64,000 nt of DNA from Nitrososphaerota archaeon (GTDB taxonomy: Archaea > Thermoproteota > Nitrososphaeria_A > Caldarchaeales > Caldarchaeaceae). Positions within the stretch are counted from its first letter, which is position 1; each line of letters begins with the position of its first letter. Positions 9,640 through 19,353 of the stretch are shown here, piece by piece. The stretch covers positions 466,009 to 530,008 of the forward strand of contig JBEPYN010000002.1 of assembly GCA_041641305.1 (NCBI GenBank). The letters are read 5' to 3'. The position numbers were made by a program, and so were the translations under genes. A model generated the notes under the pieces. The model was not told where the DNA came from. It worked only from the letters and a program-made list of their open reading frames with translations, and searched no databases.

Positions 9640-10584
9640 CTATGTCTCCTTGACACACCTGTTCCTCAACAGCCCAACCTTCTCAATCTCTGCCTCCACG
9701 ACATCTCCGTCCTTTAGAAACTGTTTGCCAGCGGCCGCAACGCCGGCGGGCGTTCCCGTGGCTATGATATCGCCGGGCTCAAGGGTTAATCCGTCGGAGA
9801 TATACTCTATCAGTTCACCGATTTTGAAGAACATTTCATCTGTGGAACCGTTCTGACGCACTTCTCCGTTGACCTTCAACACCAGCTTGAGCGGATACGG
9901 GCTGCCTACTTCGTCTCTTGTGACGAGGTAGGGGCCGCATGGCGCTGCTGTGTCGAGGCTTTTGCCGAGTATCCAGTTTTGTCCGAAGGGGTTCAGCTTC
10001 TCCGGCCACCCTGGCGGGAGCTGTTTATCACGGAAGCTTACATCGTTGAAAACCATGTAGCCTGCTATGTATTCTTCCGCCTTATTCGCAGAAATGTACT
10101 TTCCTTTTTTACCGATTACGACAGCGAGCTCTATCTCGTGGTCCACCATGGTTGAGGTACGGGGGATGATTATGTTTTCCCCGTGCCCGATTAAGCTGTT
10201 GCCGAATTTTCCGAAGAAATACGGCTTCTCGGGGACGGTGACCTTCATTTCTTGTCCGTGTAGCACGTAGTTGGCTGCGACGCATAAAATCTTCTTTGCA
10301 TCAGGAACAGGGGCCTTGAAAACTATCTCAGATTCTTTGTAGTATACGGGTTTGCCATCTCCAAACTCCGCCGCCTTTTTTCTGAGCTTCTCCACAAGTC
10401 TCGCAGCTTCTTCACCTGCTGTTAATAGGCTTCTCATGGAGTAGAGCCAGCGCGGAGCATCCTCGCCATAAACCAGCCTGTAGGCGGTAGCAAGGTCTAG
10501 CACACCCTTGTCAGTTAACAGCCCAACCCTTCTCTCCTCACATTTTTCAAAAGACAGTAGCTTCATTGGCGACCTACTCGCCAC
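9640..10584 (-). CDS. fumarylacetoacetate hydrolase (FAH) family protein
   Basis: FAH-fold motifs: HEIELAVVIGKKGKYI, FNDVSFRD, GKSLDTAAPCGPYLVT and GDIIATGTPAGV. Confidence 0.85.
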   Translation of the reverse strand: MASRSPMKLLSFEKCEERRVGLLTDKGVLDLATAYRLVYGEDAPRWLYSMRSLLTAGEEAARLVEKLRKKAAEFGDGKPVYYKESEIVFKAPVPDAKKILCVAANYVLHGQEMKVTVPEKPYFFGKFGNSLIGHGENIIIPRTSTMVDHEIELAVVIGKKGKYISANKAEEYIAGYMVFNDVSFRDKQLPPGWPEKLNPFGQNWILGKSLDTAAPCGPYLVTRDEVGSPYPLKLVLKVNGEVRQNGSTDEMFFKIGELIEYISDGLTLEPGDIIATGTPAGVAAAGKQFLKDGDVVEAEIEKVGLLRNRCVKET

Positions 10585-10606
10585 AAGCTAGTATATCAGT
10601 TATTTC

Positions 10607-12136
10607 TTGAGAAAAAGAAATAAGCCCCTAAACCTTTTTGGTCATGGCGTTATGCAGGTTCAGGAGTTTTTGGGTCTTTCGTTTGGAAGGCTGCGTCACT
10701 TTGTTAACGGAGAGTGGATAGACTCGCGGACGGAGGTCTGGAGACCTGTGTATGATCCGGGTGCGGGACGGGTTATAGCCGAGGTTCCTTATGCAACTGA
10801 TGAGGAGGTCAACGCTGCTGTTGAGGCTGCTGCAGAAGCTTTTGAGAAATGGAGCCGTCAACCTTTCCTCGAACGCGTAAAATACCTTTTCCAGATGAAG
10901 CGTGTCCTAGAGAACCGTTTTGACGAGTTGGCGGCGATCAACACTCTCAACCATGGGAAGACTCTTGAGGAGAGCCGTGGAGACTTGCGGAGAGCGATTG
11001 AGAACGTGGATGCAGCTATTGCGACGGTCTACACGTTGGCGAAGGGTGAGATGATGCATGAGATTTCACCGCGGATTGATGAGTATTCTGTGAAGGAGCC
11101 TCTTGGAGTGTTCGCGGTCATATGTCCATTCAACTTCCCCATCATGATTCCTTTCTGGTTTTTCCCATACGCCATCGTTTTGGGCAATACTGTTGTGATA
11201 AAGCCCAGTGACATAACCCCTGTGCCGATGACACGTGTGATGGAGGTTCTTCAGGAGGAGGTTAAGCTTCCTCCCGGTGTCATAAACCTTGTCCACGGCG
11301 GAAAAGAAACTGCGGAAGCACTCGTCAAACATCCTGAGGTTAAAGGTGTTTGTTTTGTCGGCTCGACACCTGCTGCCAAGAATATCTACAGGTTAGCGGG
11401 TGAGCATGGGAAGCGCTGCATAGCTCAGGGTGGTGCGAAAAACTACATCGTCGTAATGCCTGACGCAGACATGGATGTGACGCTACCTGCCACGGTGTCC
11501 AGCTTCTTCGGCAACACGGGCCAGAGATGCCTCGCTGGAAGCAACCTTCTCGTCGTCGATAAAGGGTTTAAGAAAAATTTTCTGGACAAGTTTGCGCGGC
11601 GTAGCAAAGAGCTCGTGATAGGACATGGTCTTTTGCATGGTGTTGAGATGGGGCCTCTGGTGAGCAAGGCCGCTCAGACGCGTGTAAAGAGCTATGTTGA
11701 GAAAGGTGTTGAAGAGGGTGCGAGGCTTTTGTTGGACGGTACAGAGGTGAGGGTGCATGAGTTTCCCGACGGATTTTACCTTGGAGCAAACATTTTCGAC
11801 GAAGTAACGCCAGACATGACCATCGCCAGGGAGGAGATATTCGGGCCAGTTGCATCTGTGATAACAGCGTCCAGCATCGACGAAGCCATCGAAACAATCA
11901 ACGCGAAGACAGAATATGGAAACATGGCGTGCATCTTCACATCAAACGGCTCAAACGCATCAAAATTCATCAAATACGTCAACGCCGGAAACATCGGCGT
12001 AAACATCGGCGTAGCAGCTCCAGCGGCATACTTCCCCTTCGCAGGCAGAAAAAACAGCTTCTACGGAGTGTTACATGGCCAAATGGATTCCGTCGACTTC
12101 TTCACCGACAAAAAAGTCGTGGTGACACGTTGGTGA
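10607..12136 (+). CDS. mmsA: methylmalonate-semialdehyde dehydrogenase (CoA-acylating) family aldehyde dehydrogenase
   Basis: ALDH fold with the MmsA-specific CPFNFPIMIPFWFFPYAI motif. Catalytic Cys context GQRCLA. The true start is probably the internal MQVQEF, about 15 codons in. Confidence 0.8.
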   Translation: MRKRNKPLNLFGHGVMQVQEFLGLSFGRLRHFVNGEWIDSRTEVWRPVYDPGAGRVIAEVPYATDEEVNAAVEAAAEAFEKWSRQPFLERVKYLFQMKRVLENRFDELAAINTLNHGKTLEESRGDLRRAIENVDAAIATVYTLAKGEMMHEISPRIDEYSVKEPLGVFAVICPFNFPIMIPFWFFPYAIVLGNTVVIKPSDITPVPMTRVMEVLQEEVKLPPGVINLVHGGKETAEALVKHPEVKGVCFVGSTPAAKNIYRLAGEHGKRCIAQGGAKNYIVVMPDADMDVTLPATVSSFFGNTGQRCLAGSNLLVVDKGFKKNFLDKFARRSKELVIGHGLLHGVEMGPLVSKAAQTRVKSYVEKGVEEGARLLLDGTEVRVHEFPDGFYLGANIFDEVTPDMTIAREEIFGPVASVITASSIDEAIETINAKTEYGNMACIFTSNGSNASKFIKYVNAGNIGVNIGVAAPAAYFPFAGRKNSFYGVLHGQMDSVDFFTDKKVVVTRW

Positions 12137-12231
12137 ACAGTTGTCCCCCGCCACTAACTCACCGCTTCATAGACGGGCGTTGCACCGTGTCTCGAGCGGA
12201 GCTTAAGGTGTGGCGGGGGCGTATAATATCT

Positions 12232-13905
12232 CTACTCGGCCCGATATAGTTGTTGCATCGTGTATAGTTTATCTAATTCTATTTCGAAGATGGCTACTGG
12301 CATCTCTATGCCGAAGTTTTCCAGAACCGTGGGAGAAACCTCGCCGACGACACCCACTTGTGTACCGTCGAATGTGAGAGCTGCGCATCTCCCCTCTATG
12401 AATGTTCCCATGGCTTCTGGAACGTATTCGGGTTTTAGCTGGAGAAGTTTGAAGAGCTCGTCGAGGACGCTTTTGACCTCGCTGTGGCCTGCTTCTGCGT
12501 GTGCCGTTGCTGCGGCGAGCTTCTTCATCCTCACGGTTTTCTCGGCGGCTGATGGCTCGATGTATATGATGTCGCCGATCTCGAAGATTTTCTGGGGATA
12601 TAGGTTGTCTGTGTTGTTTGCGAGGGTTGTCAAAAGTGAGGGGATGAGGGATGTTCTGACCATGGTGTATTCGCGTGTGGCTGGGTTTGCGAGTATGACA
12701 TGCTGTGTATCACCTAGGCCAGACATTTGATAGTGTGTTTGCTCGTTTGTTAGCATGAGGTTGTGGACTTCGGTGTAGCCGAGGCCCAGCATGATTTCGG
12801 CTACTTTTTCGTAGAAAGTTGTTTGAGGCCTTAGAGAGCCATATGTGTTTGACTGAGGGCTGACGGGTGTCATGTTGTTGTATCCGTAGGCGACCGCGAT
12901 GTCTTCGACCAAGTCGACGGGGTGGAGAATGTCTGCACGATGCCGTGGATAAAATACTCGTAGCCTTTTCCCTTTTACACTTGCCTGCATACCCATCCTA
13001 CGCAAAAGCTTCGCCGCCTCCCTCGGCGAAAGCTGCAATCCTGTCAACTTCTGCACCAGCGTCATGTCCAGCATCATCTCGAGAGGTTTAGTCTCAGGTG
13101 TGTAGAAGGATTTCCGTCCATACACGACCCTTACGCGCTGAACTTTCCCGCCAGCGTCTGCAAATGCTTCGGCGAGAATGTTTAGGGCTTGGTTTACTTT
13201 TTCCATGTCTGTGCCAGTTACGTCGATGAAGATGTCTCTTTTGCCAGGTGTGAGCTCGGTTATGGAGGCGTTTACGATGGGCGGCATCGAGAAAACCTGT
13301 CCACGGCTGTCGACGATGACAGGTGCTTTGGCGGCGTCTTTCAGCAGCCAGGCATGTTTCCGGCCTATCTCGCTCTTGGACAACACCTCACCCGGTGTCA
13401 TAGCACGGTAATCCTTGAGTGGGACAAACCTAACCTCATCCATTCCGACAGCCTTGTATGTAAATGGTGGAGATATGGCTGAAAGGTCATGTAGCCCGAT
13501 AGCCATTTTCCTCCTGTTTCGGCCGATCACCCAGTGAAGATCCTCCTGCATCGCAATAAACTCGACAAGCTCTGCCTCTGAGAGCTCCACGTTTCTAACC
13601 ACTGCGCAGACGATGTAGGGCCTGATGTCTTCGACGCTTCTGTCCACGTAGACGCTTATCCCCGAGAGTGGATAGCTTCTTTTTCTCAGGCCGGCCTCTA
13701 TTCCGAGATAGCCTCGGAGAGCCGCTGCAACACCGTAGACGCTTGAGAAATCGGGCCTGTTGGGGTTGTATTCCACACGTAGGATGTCGCCTACTTCCTC
13801 GACGCTCATGCCTAGGGCTGCCAAGTAGTCGGATATTTCCTCGAGTGTAAGGTCTCTGCCCACGAGACGACGAAGCTTCGCAACGTCTATGTTTACGACC
13901 GGCAT
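12232..13905 (-). CDS. pheT: phenylalanine--tRNA ligase beta subunit (archaeal type)
   Basis: 557 aa. Archaeal PheT domain order: B3/4 domain, B5 domain and a class-II-like catalytic-like domain. Immediately downstream of pheS on the same strand. Confidence 0.9.
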   Translation of the reverse strand: MPVVNIDVAKLRRLVGRDLTLEEISDYLAALGMSVEEVGDILRVEYNPNRPDFSSVYGVAAALRGYLGIEAGLRKRSYPLSGISVYVDRSVEDIRPYIVCAVVRNVELSEAELVEFIAMQEDLHWVIGRNRRKMAIGLHDLSAISPPFTYKAVGMDEVRFVPLKDYRAMTPGEVLSKSEIGRKHAWLLKDAAKAPVIVDSRGQVFSMPPIVNASITELTPGKRDIFIDVTGTDMEKVNQALNILAEAFADAGGKVQRVRVVYGRKSFYTPETKPLEMMLDMTLVQKLTGLQLSPREAAKLLRRMGMQASVKGKRLRVFYPRHRADILHPVDLVEDIAVAYGYNNMTPVSPQSNTYGSLRPQTTFYEKVAEIMLGLGYTEVHNLMLTNEQTHYQMSGLGDTQHVILANPATREYTMVRTSLIPSLLTTLANNTDNLYPQKIFEIGDIIYIEPSAAEKTVRMKKLAAATAHAEAGHSEVKSVLDELFKLLQLKPEYVPEAMGTFIEGRCAALTFDGTQVGVVGEVSPTVLENFGIEMPVAIFEIELDKLYTMQQLYRAE

Positions 13906-13906
13906 A

Positions 13907-15466
13907 TCACATACCCCTCATCGCTCTAAACACTTGCAAGGGTGAGACTTCTCTGAGCCATCGGAGGTCGTTGAGGTGGAAGGTTCTGATGTCCTCGAGG
14001 CCGTAGATGACCATGGCGAGTCTCTCTAAACCGAGGCCCCACGCCAGAACAGGATGCCTTACGCCGAAGGGGTAGGTTGTCTCGGGCCTGAAGATCCCTG
14101 AGCCGCCGAGCTCCAGCCACCTGCCGCCAAGCCGCACCTCAACCTCCATCGAAGGCTCCGTGTAGGGGAAATAGCTCGGCTTGAAACGTATCTCCCTTAA
14201 CCCCAGGCGGCTGTAAAAATCCCGGAGAACACCCATCAGCATCCTGAGGCTGGCATCCCGTTCAACCACGATGCCCTCAATCTGGTGAAACTCCGCCAAA
14301 TGCTTCCAATCCACCTTCTCGTTGCGGAAAATTCTGTCAACGCAGAACACCTTCACCGGCGGCTGCTTAACCGTCGCAAGATGTCTAATGGTCGTCGCAG
14401 TGGTGTGTGTCCTTAGAAGAAGACGCCGCGCCTCTTCGAGAGACCATCTATATCTCCAGCCTTTCGAGCCGGTGTCCCCGCCGTTTTCATGCACTTTTTT
14501 GACAGCGTCGATGTGTTGTGGCGGAGGATCCCCCTGCTGAGGCTCCAGTAGGTAGAAGGTGTCCTGCATCTCTCTGGCCGGATGGTCCTGCGGCTGAAAC
14601 AGGGCGTCAAAATTCCAGAAAGCGAGCTCGACAATCGGGCCCATAATCTCCTCAAACCCCATCTCGACATAGGCTTGTCTCACCATGCGTATCAGCTCGG
14701 TGAGCGGATGCCTCTTGGCCGCGAAGACAGGAGGTGTTGGAGCCCTTACATCGTAGCGGCTCAGCTTCACCTCACGCCACCGACCAGCCCTTATCAGCTC
14801 AGGCGTCAAACGAGTCACTTCAGGCACCACCGCCTCCTCGAGCTGAGAGGCGGCTTCGCGGCCCCTCTCAGTCAAAACCACTTTTCTCACAGGCCGCTCG
14901 ACAAGCTTCACCACACGCTGCCTGCGCAGAAGCTCGTCAACCACTTCACGAAGCTCCCCCGCATCAGGCACCTCCATCTCTCCAAATTTTTTCAACTCAA
15001 TGAGGAAATTCTCGATTTTTGTCGGCGGCGGAACAGGGCCCTTTAGCACAACAACCGTGGAGCCATCCTTTTTCGCGAACTCAACCCAGCCACGGCGTCG
15101 CGCCCACATCAACCCTATATCCGCTCTCTCGAGAGCTCTCACCTCGTCGACAGATGCTTCGCCGCCACGCTGCTGCAGAAACTCGACAACCCTTCTCTCG
15201 GGCAAGCCCTTAACAACATACTCCTCCCCCTCTACGTCCAAGGTGACAAACTTTCTCGATGTTTTTTCCTCAACAGTCACATAGCCTTTGTCACGAAGCC
15301 ATCCACAGGCTTTAGCGACAGAAGAAACCGTAGCCACGTCGTCCCTACTCCATCCGGAAACCGTTTCCGCAACCTTAGCCGCCAACTCACCATAAGACGC
15401 GGCTCCGCCCAGCTGATGCAACGAGCGGAGAACAGCTTTCTCAAGCCAGTGAAAAGCCTCGGTCAT
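13907..15466 (-). CDS. pheS: phenylalanine--tRNA ligase alpha subunit
   Basis: Class II motifs: FHQIEGIVVE, RFKPSYFPYTEPS and GSGIFRPE. Long archaeal N-terminal wHTH extension. Confidence 0.9.
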   Translation of the reverse strand: MTEAFHWLEKAVLRSLHQLGGAASYGELAAKVAETVSGWSRDDVATVSSVAKACGWLRDKGYVTVEEKTSRKFVTLDVEGEEYVVKGLPERRVVEFLQQRGGEASVDEVRALERADIGLMWARRRGWVEFAKKDGSTVVVLKGPVPPPTKIENFLIELKKFGEMEVPDAGELREVVDELLRRQRVVKLVERPVRKVVLTERGREAASQLEEAVVPEVTRLTPELIRAGRWREVKLSRYDVRAPTPPVFAAKRHPLTELIRMVRQAYVEMGFEEIMGPIVELAFWNFDALFQPQDHPAREMQDTFYLLEPQQGDPPPQHIDAVKKVHENGGDTGSKGWRYRWSLEEARRLLLRTHTTATTIRHLATVKQPPVKVFCVDRIFRNEKVDWKHLAEFHQIEGIVVERDASLRMLMGVLRDFYSRLGLREIRFKPSYFPYTEPSMEVEVRLGGRWLELGGSGIFRPETTYPFGVRHPVLAWGLGLERLAMVIYGLEDIRTFHLNDLRWLREVSPLQVFRAMRGM

Positions 15467-15503
15467 CCCCCGTATCGGCTTAACAGCCCGATAAAAAACC
15501 CAT

Positions 15504-16142
15504 TTAGGGAATGTTAGCAGTGAAGAACGCTATTGCGGAAAAGATGTTTGCAAGAAGCGCGAGTACGATGACAGGCAACAGCAGGAGAAGAGAGTTGCCT
15601 CCGAGAAGCGCCGCCCCCGTCACCACAGCCGGGGCAGATACCGCTAGAACCAGAACAACAGCCACAAAAACCAACACAAGAATTAGCATAATTATTCTCA
15701 ACACGGCCGCTCGTCTAAACCAGACCGAGTTTAGGACCTTTGCCGCACGGAAATGTGACAACAGCTCCAGAACAACGGTGGCGAGGCCCAGAGCAGCCAA
15801 GGCCACCGCTGCCGCGAGAAAAACAGCCAAATAACCCATTATCTGTGGAAATAAAGCCGCCGCAACCGCGGAGGAGATGTCTTCGCCGCCTAATGCAAAG
15901 GGTGCTGACATGATGACGCCGATGATGCTGCCCAAGAAGAAAACCAGAAAACCAACAGAAGTCACGAATGTAAGAACCATCAAAATCCCCGTTGCGCGGA
16001 GAAGATTCTGCCCCGTCCTAGACCCCATCTGATACCATGCAATCCCGATCAACAGCGGTGCAACAATGTTAGCCAACGGGATAATGTTCAAAATATAGCC
16101 AACACCACCTAGAACACTCATTTCTACCCACTTGAACAACAT
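15504..16142 (-). CDS. hypothetical polytopic membrane protein
   Basis: 212 aa and almost entirely hydrophobic, with about 6 predicted TM helices. Confidence 0.55.
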   Translation of the reverse strand: MLFKWVEMSVLGGVGYILNIIPLANIVAPLLIGIAWYQMGSRTGQNLLRATGILMVLTFVTSVGFLVFFLGSIIGVIMSAPFALGGEDISSAVAAALFPQIMGYLAVFLAAAVALAALGLATVVLELLSHFRAAKVLNSVWFRRAAVLRIIMLILVLVFVAVVLVLAVSAPAVVTGAALLGGNSLLLLLPVIVLALLANIFSAIAFFTANIP

Positions 16143-16192
16143 GACCCCCTATAAGGCTTTAAATCATTCTCGGCAGAGATAATTTTTGGATA

Positions 16193-17377
16193 ATGGCTGA
16201 GGACGGCGACAGGCTTCTAATCATAGTTGTTGACAGGGATGATGACCTTGGGGTGAAGACTGGGATAAGTGGCCCCGTTGTTGGGAGAGAAGCTAATCTG
16301 GATGCTGCTGTGCGGCTTGCCTTGGCTGACCCAGAGGACCCAGACGCCAACGCTCTCTTCTACGCCGTCAAGCTCTATGATCAGCTGACCCGGAGCAGAA
16401 CAGGTGTGGCGATTGAGGTCGCCACGCTCACAGGTTCCCCGAAGGAGGGGCTCGAGGCTGACATGAACATTTTCAACCAGCTCCGCGAGGTGCTGGAAAA
16501 ATTTCCCGCTCAGAGCTGCATATTCGTAAGCGACGGCGAGACAGATGCGATAGTTACACCCATAATCTCTTCACAGGTGGCGATATCCTCGGTTCAGCGG
16601 GTCACCGTCAAGCAGAGTCAGACGGTTGAGCAGTCGTGGCTCATTCTTGGTAAGTATCTGCGGCTTGGTATAACCGACCCGCGGTACGCCAAGTTCATCA
16701 TAGGCATACCAGGCGGCTTCATCGCGCTCTCCGCGCTCCTAAGCATCTTCGGACTGGCCCAGCCCTCCATCCTACTTCTCTTCCTCGGCCTACTTCTGTT
16801 CCTCTGGGGCTTCAGGATAGACATTCATCTCTCGCGTTTCTTCACAGGCTTCTACAGAATATCTCAGATGCCGGCAATCGGTCAGATAAGGGCATTCGCC
16901 TACCTTGGCGCGGGAGCGTCTCTGCTCATCGGGCTGTACCTCGGATTATCATCCTCCTACACAACCTACGTCTCCCTCAACCTGTCGACTGGACAGATAA
17001 ATGACCCGGCGATACTTCTGCCCACAATACTCCGGCTCTCAGGGGTTTTCATTAGCCAGAGCATCGACTTCATAGCGATCAGCGCGATACTCGTGGTTCT
17101 CTCCAACATGATATACTACTACATCATAAGATACTATGGGTTCTGGAGAACCATTCACGCAGGTGTTCTCTCGATATGGCTGTGGGCCCTACTCAAACGG
17201 GCGGGAGTTCTTCTTCAGCAGCCGCAGCCAGCGACGATAACCGAGAGCTCAACATTCCTATTCATTCTCACGGCGGTGATGGGTGTGGTGACGCTGGGAG
17301 TGACTTTTGCGATGACACGGGTGCTTCGCTCAATCTATGGAAAACAGTTCAGAAAAGGAACAGCCAAGAAACAGTGA
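16193..17377 (+). CDS. membrane protein with N-terminal soluble domain (DUF373-like?)
   Basis: An N-terminal cytoplasmic domain of about 170 aa (LLIIVVDRDDDLG...) is followed by about 7 TM helices. This architecture is reminiscent of archaeal DUF373 proteins. A TATA-like CTTTAAAT lies about 22 bp upstream. Confidence 0.55.
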   Translation: MAEDGDRLLIIVVDRDDDLGVKTGISGPVVGREANLDAAVRLALADPEDPDANALFYAVKLYDQLTRSRTGVAIEVATLTGSPKEGLEADMNIFNQLREVLEKFPAQSCIFVSDGETDAIVTPIISSQVAISSVQRVTVKQSQTVEQSWLILGKYLRLGITDPRYAKFIIGIPGGFIALSALLSIFGLAQPSILLLFLGLLLFLWGFRIDIHLSRFFTGFYRISQMPAIGQIRAFAYLGAGASLLIGLYLGLSSSYTTYVSLNLSTGQINDPAILLPTILRLSGVFISQSIDFIAISAILVVLSNMIYYYIIRYYGFWRTIHAGVLSIWLWALLKRAGVLLQQPQPATITESSTFLFILTAVMGVVTLGVTFAMTRVLRSIYGKQFRKGTAKKQ

Positions 17378-18167
17378 CCCGGCTTTGTTGAAAAAACTTC
17401 TCCAGCTAACAGGTGTTTACTGGGTATATGAGAAATGGCTTTTGAGAAACGTTTCCTCGGGGCAGATGCCTAGCCATGTTGGGCTTATTCTCGACGGTAA
17501 CAGGAGGTGGGCGAGGAGCCGCGGGTGGCCGCCTTGGAAAGGCCACGCAGCAGGAGCGGATAAGGTCGAGGAGATTCTTGACTGGCTGCTGGATCTGGGC
17601 ATAAAAACCGTGACACTCTATATTCTCTCCACAGAGAACCTGAACCGTCCCATGCACGAGGTTGAGGAGATATTCAGGCTGATTGAGGAGAAGGCCTACT
17701 CTCTTCTTAGAGACCCGAAGATATACAAGCACCGCGTTAAGGTCAAGGTCATCGGCAGAAAGGACATGCTTCCCACAAATGTTGTGAAGGCGCTTGAGAA
17801 GCTTGAGCACGCGACTGAGATGCATGACAACAGGTTCCTCAACCTCGCAATAGCGTATGGAGGCCGGCTGGAGATACTTGAGGCTGTTAGACAGATTGCG
17901 GAGCAGGTGAAGATGGGCCAGCTATCTCCCGAGCAAATCGATGAAAAAACTATCGAGAAACATCTTTACACGAACGGTGTACCCAACCCTGAGCCTGACC
18001 TCATCATAAGAACGTCTGGCGAGACACGTATAAGCAACTTTCTGCTCTGGCAATCTGCTTACAGCGAGTTTGTCTTCCAAGACGTGAACCTACCAGACTT
18101 CAGATATATCGACCTTCTCCGAGCAATACGCATATATCAAAACAGGGAACGTAGGTTCGGGCTCTAA
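17337..18167 (+). CDS. uppS: tritrans,polycis-undecaprenyl-diphosphate synthase (cis-prenyltransferase)
   Basis: Cis-IPPS motifs: HVGLILDGNRRWA, TLYILSTENLNRP, and RTSGETRISNFLLWQ at the C-terminus. The start is ambiguous because of overlap with the upstream gene. Confidence 0.85.
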   Translation: MENSSEKEQPRNSDPALLKKLLQLTGVYWVYEKWLLRNVSSGQMPSHVGLILDGNRRWARSRGWPPWKGHAAGADKVEEILDWLLDLGIKTVTLYILSTENLNRPMHEVEEIFRLIEEKAYSLLRDPKIYKHRVKVKVIGRKDMLPTNVVKALEKLEHATEMHDNRFLNLAIAYGGRLEILEAVRQIAEQVKMGQLSPEQIDEKTIEKHLYTNGVPNPEPDLIIRTSGETRISNFLLWQSAYSEFVFQDVNLPDFRYIDLLRAIRIYQNRERRFGL

Positions 18168-19309
18168 CCAACCTCCATCTCAGTATCCGCATCAGTCAAC
18201 TTCTCCACACCTCTCGAGGTTACAAGATATATGTCGGAGACGGATAAACCGTATCTGCCTGGGAGAAGCAGGTCTGGGCCTACACATACTACGGCCCCCT
18301 CGCGTATAATGTCGGTGCTCGCCGAGTCGATGAAGGGATGCTCCTCAGCTTCGAGACCCACACCCCGTCCGAATAATGTTAGAGATGTGGGGTCGAGGCC
18401 AATCTCCATCGCGAAAGCTCTTGCTCTATCATATATGGAGACGGCTGAGGACCATACAGAGAGAAGTGAGCTGATGTGCTCTTTTAGACGGATTAGCTGT
18501 TGATAAGTTTTCTTGATTTTTTCCTGTGATTTTTTGTAGAAGTAGGTGCGTGAAATTTGTGATATGTATCCTTCGACTGATGCTGATAAAGTTATCTTAA
18601 CGAGTTCGCCTTCTCTTATTCCCCGGTTTGCTGGGCTGTCTATGTTGAGGAAGGTGTCTTCGCCGATGGATATGTGGGGGCTGTATGGGAGGTCGGCTTC
18701 GAGGCGGTAGATGTTGTCGGCCAAGGCTCGCCTAATATCCGAAGCCGTGGTTCCTCCGGCGATAACTTCTCTGACGATATCCATGGCGAAGGAGGCGATT
18801 GATGAGGCTTTGCGGATAAGCTCTATCTCGCGCTCGGATTTGCTCTGCCGCTGTTCATAGACAAGGTCTTTGACACAGGTGAGCGAGAGGGATGGATAGT
18901 TCTTGATGATTGATTGATAGGTTTCGGCAGGCATGCTGTCGTAGCCAACCGCCATCCTCCTGTCACCTATGTACTCAAACACCGTTGGATAGATTTCTCT
19001 GCGGCCGAGTCTCTCAACGATGTGTATTCGGCTGGCCAGAGGAGTGTTAACGGGGGTGTTTGAGAAGATGCTGACTGTGCCGTCCACGGTTATCAGCAGC
19101 ATCCCGTTCTGTGAACCTGTAAAGTATTGTACGTTGGATTGCTTGGAGAGAATAACCGCTTCCACAGGTGAGCTTCTAAGCCGGGAAAGAAACCTCTCCA
19201 ACCTGTCTTCATAAGGGTGCTCGCTCAACGGTGGAAAACCAGTAGAATCCATATTTATGCATCGTCGTGTTTTACCCCCGTAATTGGGGCATATCACCCA
19301 TCTCCTCAT
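18164..19309 (-). CDS. M24-family metallopeptidase (second paralog)
   Basis: Creatinase N-domain plus pita-bread C-domain, with GVGLEAEEHPFI and YLVTSRGVE. The start is probably the internal MDSTGF (about 19252). Confidence 0.75.
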   Translation of the reverse strand: MRRWVICPNYGGKTRRCINMDSTGFPPLSEHPYEDRLERFLSRLRSSPVEAVILSKQSNVQYFTGSQNGMLLITVDGTVSIFSNTPVNTPLASRIHIVERLGRREIYPTVFEYIGDRRMAVGYDSMPAETYQSIIKNYPSLSLTCVKDLVYEQRQSKSEREIELIRKASSIASFAMDIVREVIAGGTTASDIRRALADNIYRLEADLPYSPHISIGEDTFLNIDSPANRGIREGELVKITLSASVEGYISQISRTYFYKKSQEKIKKTYQQLIRLKEHISSLLSVWSSAVSIYDRARAFAMEIGLDPTSLTLFGRGVGLEAEEHPFIDSASTDIIREGAVVCVGPDLLLPGRYGLSVSDIYLVTSRGVEKLTDADTEMEVG

Positions 19310-19353
19310 CCTGAGGCATGTTGATAAACATCCCTTTACGCTGAATTAGGCGG